Origin: Rozella allomycis CSF55
Lineage: Eukaryota
Reading direction: 5' to 3'
DNA: 64,000 bases
Assembly: GCA_000442015.1 (NCBI GenBank)
Contig: KE560971.1
Location: 1 to 64,000 of the forward strand
Of the stretch, positions 27,136 through 42,205 are shown piece after piece. The position numbers were made by a program, and so were the translations under genes. The first letter of the stretch is position 1, and every line of letters starts with the position of its first letter. Below the pieces are notes generated by a model. It made no database searches, was not told the DNA's origin, and saw only the letters and a program-made list of their open reading frames with translations.

Positions 27136-27274
27136 TTGATTTGTAAACATTCAATTCAGAGAATACTGTAAGAAAATAGACAAGAGTCGCTAATGCAATT
27201 AAAACATGATCATTATACAAAGCAGATGTTTGATATACATGGAACTTAAACAAGTATGTAATGACAAATTTATT

Positions 27275-27625
27275 TTAATCAAAGAGACCAAATCCCATTT
27301 CTTCTTCGGTTTCTTCCTTTTCTTCCTCTTTCTTTTCTTCGGCAGCTGGGGCAGCAGCAGCAGATCCTGAAGCAGCAGCAGGAGCAGCACCTCCAGATGG
27401 AACTGAAGCAAGTTTTCCGAGACCTTCTGAAATTAACTATAAGTTAAATAAATATATTCAATGTACTTCGTCAATGTTCTTTCCTTCAACTTCTGAAATA
27501 AGCTTGTTAAGTTGATCTTGTTCAGTTTCAATACCGACGGAAGAAAGAATTTTCTTGACATCAGCAGATGATGGTTTTTCAGCACCACCAAGAGTAGCGA
27601 GAAGATAAGCAGCCAAGTATTTCAT
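27275..27625 (-). CDS. RPP2: 60S acidic ribosomal protein P2
   Basis: [17 protein letters not shown], Ala-rich hinge, C-terminal EMGFGLFD; one 30-nt intron. Confidence 0.96.
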
Positions 27626-27720
27626 TGAAGAGTATGACCAGGGTGATGAGGAAAATTTTTGAAAAAGGTGAAAAATGAAATAAGAAAATTCGGAATTCGC
27701 AAACAAAACAGTTCTATTTA

Positions 27721-28975
27721 TTAAGAACATAATGCCAAACACCATTTAAGATCTGTTAATAAATACTTACAAGCTTTAGTCCAGTTTTGATCAAGAATAA
27801 ACTGCCAGCGAATAGTCAACATTTCAGGACCTATAGTATCTTTCTCTATCCTTTCTAAGTGATAACATGAATTTTACTTGTAAGGTACACAAAACCTCGG
27901 CTCTTCCATTTGTAAATATGTAATAAATTGATCAAGACAGTTTAAGAATCCAGACATCGCGCTGTTATAACGTCTAGCCCATAATAGCTTAGTGAATCCT
28001 GCATTTCCAGAGCCATACCTTTGATCAACAAAAACATCAGTAATACAGTTCTAAAGAAGCATGATCTGAAGAGGTATTTTTCTCTATTCTGGAATAGCTT
28101 CCTAGTGGAAGCAACTTATATTTTTCAAAATCAAAACTCTTTGATTTTGCGAGTGTATCCAAAAGTAAGACCACATGACCCCAGGCAGCATTTAATTCTT
28201 CCCAATTTATCTTATAATCCTAGAAATATTGGCTTTTACTGAATCGCCCGAAGCGTGACCCAATTTTAAACCATTTATAGTCCCGTACATACCGTCATAC
28301 GATATATGAAACAATTCATCGAGTATATTTACTCGTTCTAATATTTCTAGCCTTGATTTGTTGTAATATTCTTTGTTCTTGAAGCTATTATACTCTAGTT
28401 CAATCTCAAAGTTCTGTCTCTCAGTTTCATTAAGCTCCTTGAAATGTCTGATAATCAAAATGAAATACATGTTTTACAATTCCTCTTTTTCGATTATATC
28501 ATTTTCTTCTTCCAATAAGCATGTTTCTTCCCGTACTAATTTCTCCTTTTCGTTTTCCAACTTTTCGATTTCTAATTTGAGTTTGGTTAAGTGTGATTTC
28601 AAGCTATCAATTTCTTCAATTATATTTTCTTGATTAATATCATCCAATGTAGATAGTCGATGTTCAGTCATAAAATAGGAGGAATCCTTCTTTTCGTTGA
28701 ATAAGTTGTTTAAGCAAGAGTCAAGAACATCAATGATTTCCTTGGCACATTCTTCGCATAAGGGATGACTTATTGTTGTTTCTTTAGACAAAGATTTGAA
28801 GAAGGAATCTAGGAATTCTTCGCCATTTGACAAATCATCAAAACTTTCACGAAGATTGACGCTTCCTATATCAATACCAGAGAAATATATCACTTAATGC
28901 TTGCTTTCGATCCATATTGGTTAAAGACTCGTCATAATTGAGAGAAGAATGACATTTTTGACATTTCGGTTTCAT
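27721..28975 (-). CDS. ATG6: Beclin-1/Atg6/Vps30
   Basis: N-terminal CQKC, HPLCEEC, GTINGLKLG..WEELNAAWG, WTKACKYLLTDLKW. Confidence 0.92.
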
Positions 28976-28986
28976 GAATTTCCTAA

Positions 28987-30606
28987 ATGTTCAGATTGCT
29001 AGATAGTCTCACAATATTATCAACATCTTTATTGACTGCTGTCATTCCTGAGAGTTTGGTGCCTTCTTACGGTTTCATCTTTCCCAGAATTAATTACAGC
29101 ATAATTACTGTAATTACGATTTTGGTATCCTCTGGTTTGTCCAATTACATGTTGTTACCGCTAAATGGAACCTTAATTGTTACGCTAGCATTAGGAGCAC
29201 TATATTTTATGATAAGCCCATTTCTTATTGCAATTCTGTTTGAAAGACTAGGGCCTATTCTTGGGCCACAGATATTGTATGTTATATCGATATATGTTAT
29301 ATTATTCTTCAACGTAAATATATTAACAAGAAGCAGAAATTGGTTTAAGAAAGTCTGTAAAACAGCGTTTCTCGTAGCTGTCCTCCCTTTCTGCGGTGAA
29401 AAGATCGTCGAATTTCTTCGCAATAGTGGGTTTTGGAGATGTCATATTCATGAGATCTCATGCTTTTTGATATTAGCCAATTATGGTGCAAGATCCAGCA
29501 AAAACTTCTTTAAGTTAGTAATTGGTGCAATAATTTGCCTTATTTATGTATCCCAGACAGTCCCTTGTTGTTCATGGTCTGGTGTAATTCTATTATATTA
29601 TGTTTCAGTTAGCCTGTTAAATCCCAAAATGAAGGCTTGATTTTGGAACAAGTTGAATCAACCTCTGGATGGCTTTCTGTGGTACATTTTAAAAACAATG
29701 GTTACGTTGCGCGACTTCTACGCAGCGATATGTCAATAATTGGAGGCATATTTGAAGAAACCAATACAACAGTTTTTGGTGCTTTCCTGAACATGGAGAG
29801 GATTAGGTTATTTAACGAGTTACCGGAAAATCCGGTTGCGCTGGTTCTGTAAGATGCCTTTCCTTAATTACATCAGTGGATTGGGGGCAGGAAGTACCAC
29901 AAATGCCTTGATTGAAAATAAATTTAATGTAACTGCCATAGAGTACGATCCAGAAGTTGTTAGATTGGCCACTGAATATTTGCACTTCAAAAGGGACAAT
30001 GTACAAAAAATTTTAATTGAAGATGCCGCTAAAGCAATAACACGACTAGACAATGAAACATACGATTTAGTTATGCATGACTTGTTCACAGGAGGAACAA
30101 TACCCAAACAATGCTTTACACGGCATTTTTTTACTGAATTAAAAGGGAAAATGAAGATGAATGGAATTTTAGGAGTTGTAAGTTGAACAGTTTTTTGAAA
30201 TAAAGAATGTTGTAGGCAAGATGCAAGGGTACGTCTTGTATTCCGTAATCAAGTCCCTCAAAAATAGTTTTAAAAATATTCAAGTTTATGATGACGTTTT
30301 TGATCATGATGAACAAATTAATCGCAATTTCGTACTAAATGTAAGTTTGTCAAATAGATCATATTTTGTTCCGACGCCCCGATCGATTTTTCTAAAGAAG
30401 CTGGGCGAGTTGATGCGCAACGATTGTCTTCGTGGAATTCGATGAATTTAATCCAAATTGACGAAAAGAAGTTGGACGAAGCCGTTCCATTGGATGAATA
30501 CAATGAAAACACTGCTCTTGAACTACGTCAAATAGCGAAGGATCATTGGTACGCGATGATGCAGATATTTCCTGCTGAAATCTGGACTTCCAATTTTCAT
30601 TATTAA
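28987..30606 (+). CDS. Multi-TM protein fused to a spermidine-synthase-like SAM methyltransferase domain
   Basis: Hydrophobic N-terminal half, then ALVLGLGAG, IEYDPEVVRLATEY, YDLVMHDLFTGG. Confidence 0.8.
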
Positions 30607-30678
30607 AATATTTAACTTGTATTTTATACTTTTCGAAATTTGCGAATTGTTGCGAACTTTATTTTTAGAACATAGGAA

Positions 30679-31424
30679 ATGATCTCATTCTTATCTCGAT
30701 TTCTTTAGTAATATATTAAGATTTTATGTATATGTTTCTTTATTTCGTATCCATTAGCGGGATTTTATTCTTTCAGAGCTTTGCAATCTGATCGGAAGGA
30801 GGGATTGCGATTTTGGTTGATGTACTGGTGCTTCATCTCCTTGAGCGAAATGATATATGCTGTTACTGACGTGTTTTTATTCTGGTAAATAGATAATTTG
30901 CAGAATATGCTAGGATCCCATTTTATTACGAATTGAAGTTGGCTTTCGTAGTGTGGCTTCTATTTATAAATCCATCCAATGTATCATTTTATATTTTTTT
31001 AAAGAAGGGCATGGAAAATATCTTCTATTCGCACATTGCGCCCCTTTTTAGGACTTTTGGCGCTAAATTCGGAAAGTTGGTATCCCATCATGCCCATAAT
31101 TTCAGTAGATCCCGCGAGACTTTAATGATAAGGGTACAATTATGTTGCTTGTTTCAGTAGGGGATAGAATTTTTGGGCAAGTTGTTTCAAGAATTGATAA
31201 CACAGTTAAATGTTATAGCCGAATCAAAATTTAACTTTAAAATGACACGAGAGGAATTGATAAAGACTCCCGAAATAATTGAAATCGATTCGGATTCAGA
31301 TTATGAATATGAAGTGGATGATGAAATTAACGATGTTCGCATTTCAGTTACAACAACACAAAAATCAAAACCTAAAACACTAAAAGAAAAGATTATTTCT
31401 TTAAAAAAGAGAAAGTATTTTTAA
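30679..31424 (+). CDS. TB2/DP1/HVA22 (REEP/Yop1) family protein
   Basis: YSFRAL..FWLMYW..IPFYYELKLAFVVWL; the first intron appears non-canonical. Confidence 0.85.
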
Positions 31425-31620
31425 ATATTATTCCCTGATACTTTATAATTCAAAACTTGATCAATAAATTTTGCTCGCATTGTCTCTCTAATACCCCATA
31501 ATAATCTGATATTAAAAATACACATCACGCAATTGAACTATTATAATACTATTTTGTTTTCAATATCTTTCAAAGTGAAATTTACTACGACACCCTTGCA
31601 AGTGCAAACACGGACTGCAA

Positions 31621-34263
<2,643 letters not shown>

Positions 34264-34488
34264 ATAAATAGTATTTAAATACTCTTCAATATAATTGCAA
34301 TGTTTTATGGTTTAATGTCTGATTCATAGTCCCTTAAAGTGAGGGCTAAAGGAAATTACACCTGGGGGTTACCACAGCCCATGAGCCAGTGTAAAGAAGC
34401 CAAATAAGCTTCAAGTAAATAGAAGTCGTTTCTTGTGTTCCAAACACTCCTTACGTTAATACGAATCATAATCTCCTGAACTCTGAAT

Positions 34489-34663
34489 GTGTTAAAGAAG
34501 CCAAGTAACCTTTGAATAAAAGAAAATCATTTCTCGTGTTCCAAACTCCCCTATGTTAATACAAATTGTGTCAAATCGTTAAAGTTAAATGCTTTTATTA
34601 GTTTGTGCCACGCTTCTTAAATCCATTTATCAAAACCTCGTAGAATGATATAAGCGCCCCAAT
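34489..34663 (+). repeat. ~175-bp direct repeat (second copy ~37459-37632), preceded by a diverged ~80-bp tandem copy at ~34390-34470
   Basis: Near-identical tgttaaagaagccaagtaa...gatataagcgccccaat at both places. Confidence 0.85.
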
Positions 34664-34767
34664 AAGACATGAAGCTTGAAAAGTATCCAAACTGATAGAT
34701 CCGAAATAAGACGTTAAAGCATTATTTGATTTAGCGATACCAATAAAGTATTTGGTTACGTGGAATA

Positions 34768-36738
34768 TTACCATGCTAGCCTTTTCCTTNACATTGCGGC
34801 CTGATTGGAATGGCAGCTAAGACGATTACTACGCTTTGTCATGTGCTCGGATGCGGCCGAAAACGCTGATGTTGGCATTACACACAATGCGAATGTAAGC
34901 ACATTTCGAAGGCGTGGATAGTGTTCCCTATGCTCCGTCCACCAGGTCAAGGCATCCATTTTTTTGGCATAAATACTAGCACGGTCCAATCGCACATAAT
35001 ACTTAAGCGCCTCGTCGTATGTATCACAGTTAAAATTTTGTATACCTTCCTCCTTGGTTTGTTTTAAAAATTGATCAAACATGCGTTCCCTTTGACTTTT
35101 CTTAACTGATTGAGCAGCATTATCTGATGTTGTTTCAATAATTCATTCATTATTTGATGTTTCAACCAACTTCATCATGTCTAAAACAATGTTGCGAATA
35201 TGGTGGGAATGGCGACGAAGGATAAATTCAAGCCAGAATCGTCGCAATCCACACCACACGATGATCACGGACGTTGTTAAGAAATCAATTTAGAGCCACT
35301 GCTGTGTGTGAACCCGAAAACATTCGAAAATCCAATGCGATATCCCGGGAATTGCACATATCATCTATCCAATGGGCAGAAATTGCGACATACGAGGGAT
35401 TTGAAATATCGAAGTCCCTGAATCCAGGGTGAGAGCAATACCTTCAATTCTAGGCATCAATTCAATAAACACCATTTTTTCATTACGTTACCATGCAATT
35501 ATGTCTTTGCGTACCGTTTGACGACATGGAAATTTGAAGGAACTAACACCATAACACGCGAATCTTTCATAATTTGTTGCAGACAAAGTTTGAAATCGGT
35601 AAAGTCTACCCCGGAATATGACTGACTGTCAGTCACGATTCATTGAAGCATCACACGATTCGCTGCTGGGGTCAGTGCGGGTAGAAACTTTTTCGGCGCA
35701 AAACAACTTGGAATGGACGGGCGTATTGGTTCGCGATGCAGTTTCTCAAAATGCGCTTTTATATTTCAACTTCCCGTAGTTATGCAAAACGATTGTGGGC
35801 AATGATTACACTAACAAATAAATTGGCCGGTGGTATGGTCTTTTTTGCGCTACAGAAAGCATCTCTTCAGCCACGGTAAGTTTGCGCAACTCTGTTACCA
35901 TCTTAACGAACTCAAACGCCGCACGCACTGCACTTTTGACTTTGCTGTTGGAATCCACGTCAGTCCGGACTTGAAATTGCGATACCGAATCCGATGGCAA
36001 AATCGTTTGTGACAACTTGTCGTAATTGTCCTTTTTTTCAATTTCTATAAACACGTTGTAAAAAGTATTCGAATATCATTACATTGGCTAGTAGGCTCTA
36101 ACCAATTTCTATTTGTGCCGTTTGACGTATGAAAGACTCACGCTCTTTAGGCTCCTATTCATCATCGCTTCGCTCATCTAAATTCACGGCCACTGTTTTC
36201 GAGATTTGCGTGACAAGAGGCTTTTAGAGCCATCCAATGTCCCATTATGACAAGGCCAGCACCTAATTTGTTGCCTGAAACCCTCTTTACCAATGCCGTG
36301 GCCACAAAAGACATGCACATGACTTCCGCAGTCGGGACANTTTTGTCCTTGGGAATTGCGACAAAGGATAAATTCGGATCCAGAATCGTCGCAATCAACA
36401 CCAAACGATGCGAACTAACTGCAGAGTCATACTTTTGCCATTTGGCGATCATTCTATATTGCGTATTTCATGATGACGTTACGCTTTACTGACATCATTC
36501 TCCCAACTGGTCGTGGAGTCCGCCATCATGTCAATATGCTGGCGAATTATAGTCCACCACATTAAAACGCAAGAAATAGTTGCCGTTGATTTTCCACTAA
36601 GCTCCACTGTAGCATCATAAAACGGCTTAAACATCGTTGCAATCTTTTCGAGCTGAATCCATTCGTCTTGGGTCAGGGTGACTGCCTTCAATGAAGTGTC
36701 TTTTTTGTAAATATCCGATCCGCCAACCAAGGTTAAAA
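34768..36738 (-). mobile_element. Degenerate hAT-family transposase fragments, probably more than one copy
   Basis: hAT dimerization motif LTWWTEHREHYPRLRNV..PTSAFSA, LTQDEWIQLEKIATMFKPFYDATVELS, IATILDP and SYVAISAHWID; stops, frameshifts and Ns throughout. Confidence 0.85.
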
Positions 36739-36739
36739 N

Positions 36740-37179
36740 TGTGATGTCGTCAACATAAATCTAACAATCATTAGTTAAAACTCTCGCGCGGTGACGGCCG
36801 GTGTTGAATCTTGTCGCTCCCCTCATAAATTGGATAGTAAATCAAAAGATAAAAGAGTCAAACAGATGTCGATTGAGAATGGATTGTCCTCCGTTCTATT
36901 TATTGATATCTCCTTAGAGTTTTATATGTGGGTCCTTTCTATAAATAGTATCCTTTCTATAATTAGTATCAGAATAGAGATCCGTCAGGTAAGAGATCCG
37001 TTCAGAATTAGGACTCCCCTCTTTGATTATTTTTCTAAGATGTGTGGGATGAAAATCCCTCTATGAATTGTGGGATGAGAATCCCTGGTACGGCAAATCT
37101 CACCTTTGGGGTCCTTGAAGTTTCTTCTCATATTTGGGTCTCAAATAGGGCGTGGCTGTTTTATGTGATGGTTTCAACA
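36740..37179. mobile_element. Possible solo LTR (~440 bp)
   Basis: Starts TGT and ends ACA, has an internal TATAAATA, and is non-coding and compositionally distinct. The left edge abuts an N, so no TSD can be tested. Confidence 0.45.
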
Positions 37180-37632
37180 TAGATCTGGCAATCGTTTGTA
37201 AAAACTCCCGGGGTCCTGGAAGTTTTTTTGCAAATCATGAATCTAACCAGTCTATTAATGTTCCTCTAGTCATAAAACTAGTAAATTGAATATGCGTTAA
37301 TGTTGAAGCTCCATGGATTTCTTTGAATCTATATCAATAGAATAGATCGAGTAAAAAAGGCTCAGAGATACAATGAATCATCAGAGAATTTTATCAGTGT
37401 TATTGAACATGTCATTGATATGAACAAAAAATTAATAATCAAATTNGTGAGTATAGTATGTTAAAGAAGCCAAGTAAACTTTGAATAAAGGAAAATCATT
37501 TCTCGTGTTCCAAACTCCCCTATGTTAATACAAATTGTGTCAAATAATAAAAGTTAATTACTTTTATTAGTTTGTGCCACGCTTGTTAAATCCATTTATC
37601 AAAACCCCGTAGAATGATATAAGCGCCCCAAT

Positions 37633-38131
37633 TAGTGTTGTTAACGGCTCGGCTCGGCTCGGCTCGGCTCGGCTTGACCTCGGCTGGCACCATGACTCTC
37701 AGCCGAGCCGNCGTGGAATATTACCATGCTAGCCTTTTCCTTTTCCACGTTAAAAAGAATGGACAAGAAGAGTGGAAGAATGTTCAACCAAATCAGCAAA
37801 GGGAGAATATGATCAAACTCGAACAACATAGAAAGTTCATATACCTGTATCATTACCGTTATAGCAAAGGCATTCAAATAATTCGATTGAAGCTGCCTTT
37901 TCACTTTATCGATTCTTTTTTCTGTTTCTAACGTATCAATGTCAGAATCATCCTGATGATTATTTTTGTCTTCAATTAAAGACTCCATTTTATTATCCTC
38001 CTGCNGATACAATCATCAGAGAATTTTATCAGTTTTATTGAACATGTCATTGATATGAACAAAAAATTAATAATCAAATTTATTAACCTCAGCTCGGTCG
38101 GCTGAGTGTTTTGGCCAAGCCGTTAACTACA
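37633..38131. mobile_element. hAT-like terminal sequences: imperfect TIRs with (CGGCT)n subterminal repeats
   Basis: Left end tagtgttgttaacggctcggctcgg..; right end ..ggccaagccgttaactacaaa, an inverted match to gttaacggct. Internal Ns. Confidence 0.6.
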
Positions 38132-38453
38132 AAGGTTTAGTCACATGATAATTTTGTCCAAATATTTTAATTTAATACTTGAAATTATGTACAAAAATTT
38201 TATTTATTAGTTATTTAACGGCGAGACCTTAATAAGATTTGTTCGTGTGCACCTCTTCTGTTATATAACATGATACCCATTCCAAGACAAGCACTAACGG
38301 ATAAACTTGANTGATCGATTTGACAGAACGATTCCAAGTTCCATGTTTTGACGCTTATGTATCATAAATACTTTAAAATGATAATAAAATGTAAATAACT
38401 TTAAATGTTGCGTCAGATATTGGTGATCAATATTTCGAAAATTTACAAAAGTC

Positions 38454-38717
38454 ATGGACTTGAAAGACTTTCTATATTTCACCGCACCAGTTCTTTACAA
38501 GGAATGTCTTGTTGAAAAGTATGCTCATCTTAATGAGCAGTATAATATTATGATTGATAATATACACAGTGAGTTATATCGATATCTAACTGGATCTGAG
38601 CATTATAATGAATATTTACCTGAGCCCAAAGTAATATCTTGCGGCCGAGTTTTTAAAAAATCGGAGCCAGTGTATAGATGCAAGTAAAATTTCCAGTTGA
38701 TTTGGAATAGGGATTGT
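38454..38717 (+). CDS. UBR1: UBR1 N-end-rule E3 ligase, 5' part (start of UBR box)
   Basis: CGRVFKKSEPVYRCK, a 27-nt intron, then DC and an N at 38718. Confidence 0.85.
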
Positions 38718-38718
38718 N

Positions 38719-39157
38719 ACATTTTCAAAACCCATCTGTCCTCTGGTTTTACTCTATCAATAAACTTCTCAACCACCTTAATTTGACCAAGAGCACATGC
38801 ATAGAGAAAGAAAGAGTCAAAATAATAAGTTGTGGAAAAAATCCAGTTGTATGCCTTTGAAAGAATCTTGTCTGTCAAAAATACATCTCCCTGTTTAATA
38901 AATAGACCGAAAAGGTCTAGTTTAATATCCAAAGGACCTGTTCTATAAATAGAGACGTATTTTGAGGCATCTATTTGTTGTCCAGACTTTATAGTTCTTT
39001 TCAATTGTAACTTTACTCCAACCTCATCTTGTTTGTCCCCTTCGACAAGATATATGAGATCACTTGCGTAGACACTTTTTTTCAGCGCATCTCTGCCACA
39101 TAATACATGTGAGAAGAGCAAATAAATAACCAGCAAAATGTGCATATCACGTTTCAT
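38719..39157 (-). CDS. Signal peptide plus ankyrin-like repeat protein, truncated at an N
   Basis: MKRDMHILLVIYLLFSHVLC signal-like N-terminus; FFLYACALGQIKVVEKFI ankyrin-like segment. Confidence 0.55.
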
Positions 39158-39580
39158 GGACCCTTGTAAAACCCTGGCATTGTCTGATAGATGTAAAGTG
39201 ATGGATTGTGTCAAGTGACAAGTTAATTTTATGGTCCGATGAAACTGATGTTTATTTTAATTCTCTAATTTATAGTGTAATCAATGTCTAATCTACCATT
39301 GTTTTTCTGAATTTTCGGAAATCCCCTGCATTTATTTTTTTCACTGCCTCAGCCACGACAGCGTTCTCTTAAGATCCTTAACCTTGTTTTGTTCGCAAAA
39401 CACCTCGTAGGTTTAAGATTGAGTCATAATGACGCTAAATTCGGTTAAACCAGAGTGCCTTTTCGCTATATTTACTGTTCAGTTGTAGTACTGTGCAGAC
39501 CATTGTGAAAGGACAAATTCTAACAAATAAAAATAATTTAATTCCCAATCTTTCGAAAAATTAAATGCTTAATAATTTAT

Positions 39581-40108
39581 TTATGCTCTCTTGTACCACA
39601 AGGAAAAACTTGCGCTGTGCACGTAGTTAGCCCATCCTTCATATTGTACCCTAGGTTCAAATGTTATCTTCATTCCAGGTTGGACTGTTGGGAGGTCTGC
39701 ATCTGGCATTGTCCAAGTATATTTTTGAGGCACTCCTCTTAAATTTTCATCAGTGGACTTCGTATTACTATAAACGCCTTCAAATTTTTTCTTTTCATCG
39801 CCGTTATGAACAATTCTAACATCTGCTGTGGAGCTGCCGTCATGAGTGTACCATCCTTGATCATGAGACATCACGGTCAAGGTTACATTCAAAACCTTTC
39901 TAAATGAAACGTTTTCTGGGATAGAAATAGACAAGTATTCGCCTTTTGTATTGCCAGAATGATAGTGTGCTAACTTGTCAGAGGATGAAGTAATTTGGAT
40001 CTCTTTAGCAGGAGCTTCGTAAGAAACACTCATGCGTCCCGTTGGAATGAGGGTGGAAGACACAAAGAGAGTGTTGATAAATAGAAAAAAACTGACCAAC
40101 AACATCAA
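39581..40108 (-). CDS. Intronless small secreted protein of unknown function (SHDQGW motif)
   Basis: Uninterrupted 175-codon ORF, hydrophobic N-terminus, beta-rich body with SHDQGW and GWANYV motifs. Confidence 0.7.
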   Translation of the reverse strand: MMLLVSFFLFINTLFVSSTLIPTGRMSVSYEAPAKEIQITSSSDKLAHYHSGNTKGEYLSISIPENVSFRKVLNVTLTVMSHDQGWYTHDGSSTADVRIVHNGDEKKKFEGVYSNTKSTDENLRGVPQKYTWTMPDADLPTVQPGMKITFEPRVQYEGWANYVHSASFSLWYKRA

Positions 40109-40312
40109 GAATTTTCAGACAAGGGTTTGATCTACTGAATCCTTTTTTACAGATCTGGTTTCCAAAAAGGAAAAAAAGACATAATTTCAATAAAGAATAA
40201 GGACTTAGGTTTAAAAGGTGGAAAAGAATGACTTGCTGCATACTTACAGTCTACTTTTACTCATTACCAAAAACAATATCCGTTATAAAAATTCCTTCAT
40301 TTTATGTGGCAT

Positions 40313-40385
40313 GGCTCTTTGGCGCAATTGGTAGCGCAATCGACTCCAGATCGATAGGTTACAGGTTCAAATCCTGTAGGGGTCA
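40313..40385 (+). tRNA. tRNA-Trp (CCA)
   Basis: Cloverleaf with D arm GCGC/GCGC, anticodon stem ATCGA-CTCCAGA-TCGAT and T arm ACAGG-TTCAAAT-CCTGT, followed by an oligo-T Pol III terminator. Confidence 0.95.
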
Positions 40386-40467
40386 TTTTTTGCGTTTTGC
40401 AATCATAATTTAGCTTTTAAACTATTTTCGACCCTTTAGTTGAATTGTGCTCCTAGTAACCATTTCA

Positions 40468-42096
40468 ATGGTAAACAATATTATCACGTAAAATCAGTCG
40501 TCCAAAAAGTCTTCGGCTAAATCTAAAGCGTCCGCTGGATCAAAGAAAGGTTCAGCTGGATCGAAAAAAGGAGCGAGCGCAGGAAAAGAAGTGGCATCTA
40601 CTGGCCCCACGATTGAAGAAATGCAACAAAAATTGGAAGCTATGAAATTGGAAGTTGAAGCCGAAAAGGCAGAAAGAAACTATTTTCAATTGGAAAGGGT
40701 ATCATGATTGTTATTTCTTTACCAGGATAAAATTGCCTCGTTTTGGGAGATTGCAAAAAATGAGGCGGATTCTCTCAAGGCAGAAGTGAGAAACAAAGAC
40801 AAGGAGCTTGAAGAATTGGAAGATAAGCATCAAGTTGAGATAAAGGTAATTTTGTTCAGCGTTTACGACTTTAGGTGTATAAACAAAAAGTGAAACATTT
40901 ATTGTATGAATATCAAAACAATGTGACTCATTTACAACATGAGTCGGAACAAGCTCTGCAATTAGATCACGATGAAGCTGTGGAGAGAGAAAATGATCTT
41001 AAAAAAGACAAAAAAGCTTTAAAGTTAGAGCTGAAGGAGCTTGAGTTGGCAAATGAAGCAATAATCCGTGATTTGAAAGATAAGCATGATCAAGAAATAA
41101 CGAAACTACGACAGGACTTTGAACGAAGGCTAAAAGAAATGGGTTCAAAATATGAAAAGCGGATGAAAGTTTTAAGAGAAGACTTGGAATTGCGAAGGAA
41201 AAATGAAATTCATGAGATAGAGGAGCGAAAAAATACACAAATAAATACTTTGATGAAGAATCATGAGAAAGCATTTGCAGATATCAAGAATTACTACAAT
41301 GACATTACTCTGAACAATCTAGCATTAATCAATTCTTTGAAGGAGCAAGTTGAAGATATGAAGAAGAAGGAAGAAAAGAATGAAAAGCTGATGGCGGAAA
41401 TAACAACTGAAAATAAGAGACTCTCTGAACCATTGCAAAAGGCTCTTGAAGAGGGTGATACTTTGAAGAAGAAGCTTGAGCAGTATGACAAGGACAAGAA
41501 TTCTTTAGCCATGTCAAAAGCTCGCCTGAAATCTCTTGAAGAACAAATGAAGCAGATAAATTGGGAATATGAAGTGTTAAAACAAAAGAATGACTTGCTG
41601 ACCAACGAACGAGATAATATGAAAGCCAAGTTTGCGCAAGTCGCACATGAAGCCCAGCAAAAGGCGGGAATGAAGAGTGCCGTCTTGGAAAAGAAAATGG
41701 ATGCCTTGGTGGAACAATTAGAAAAGAAGGTACAATGATGATATGCAAAAAATAGGAAATTCAATTGAGCGAAATATTGAGGGCTTCTAATCTTGACCAA
41801 GGGGCTTTGGCAACTGTCAATAGAAAATTAGAAGAGGTATTAGAAGGAAAGAATAATACAATTCGTGATTTGCAAAACGAGCTTGCTAGACTGGCAAAAG
41901 TAAGGATTTAGATGATAATGAATAGGCATATAATGAGATGGTATTGATTGTAGAAGCGAAATTTACAGAGTATTCCATTCCTTCTGATGATCTTCATTTG
42001 AAAGCATATATATCAAAGAATAATCACACGAAGAATTTGGATAAAAACACCGCTAGCTTTATTACCAGTACAAGATCGTTTATCGCTACGCAATAA
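40468..42096 (+). CDS. GAS8: Dynein regulatory complex subunit 4 (GAS8); first coding exon is ATG only
   Basis: [59 protein letters not shown]. Confidence 0.95.
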
Positions 42097-42205
42097 TAAT
42101 GAAATAAAAAATAGTTTTCTATGTTTTTCTATCCAGTCATGGTGAGAGTAATTAGATGAACAACCATGAAAATTCCAAATATCAATTGACAAAATCGATC
42201 GCGAG

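Noticed and set aside
37635-38012. ORFs containing ARLGSARLG / AEPSRAEPSR
   Set aside because: Translations of (CGGCT)n transposon subterminal repeats read across Ns.
40313-40385. tRNA-Trp as an unusual or suppressor tRNA
   Set aside because: Anticodon CCA and the 5-bp anticodon stem are normal; only three G-U pairs in the acceptor stem stand out.
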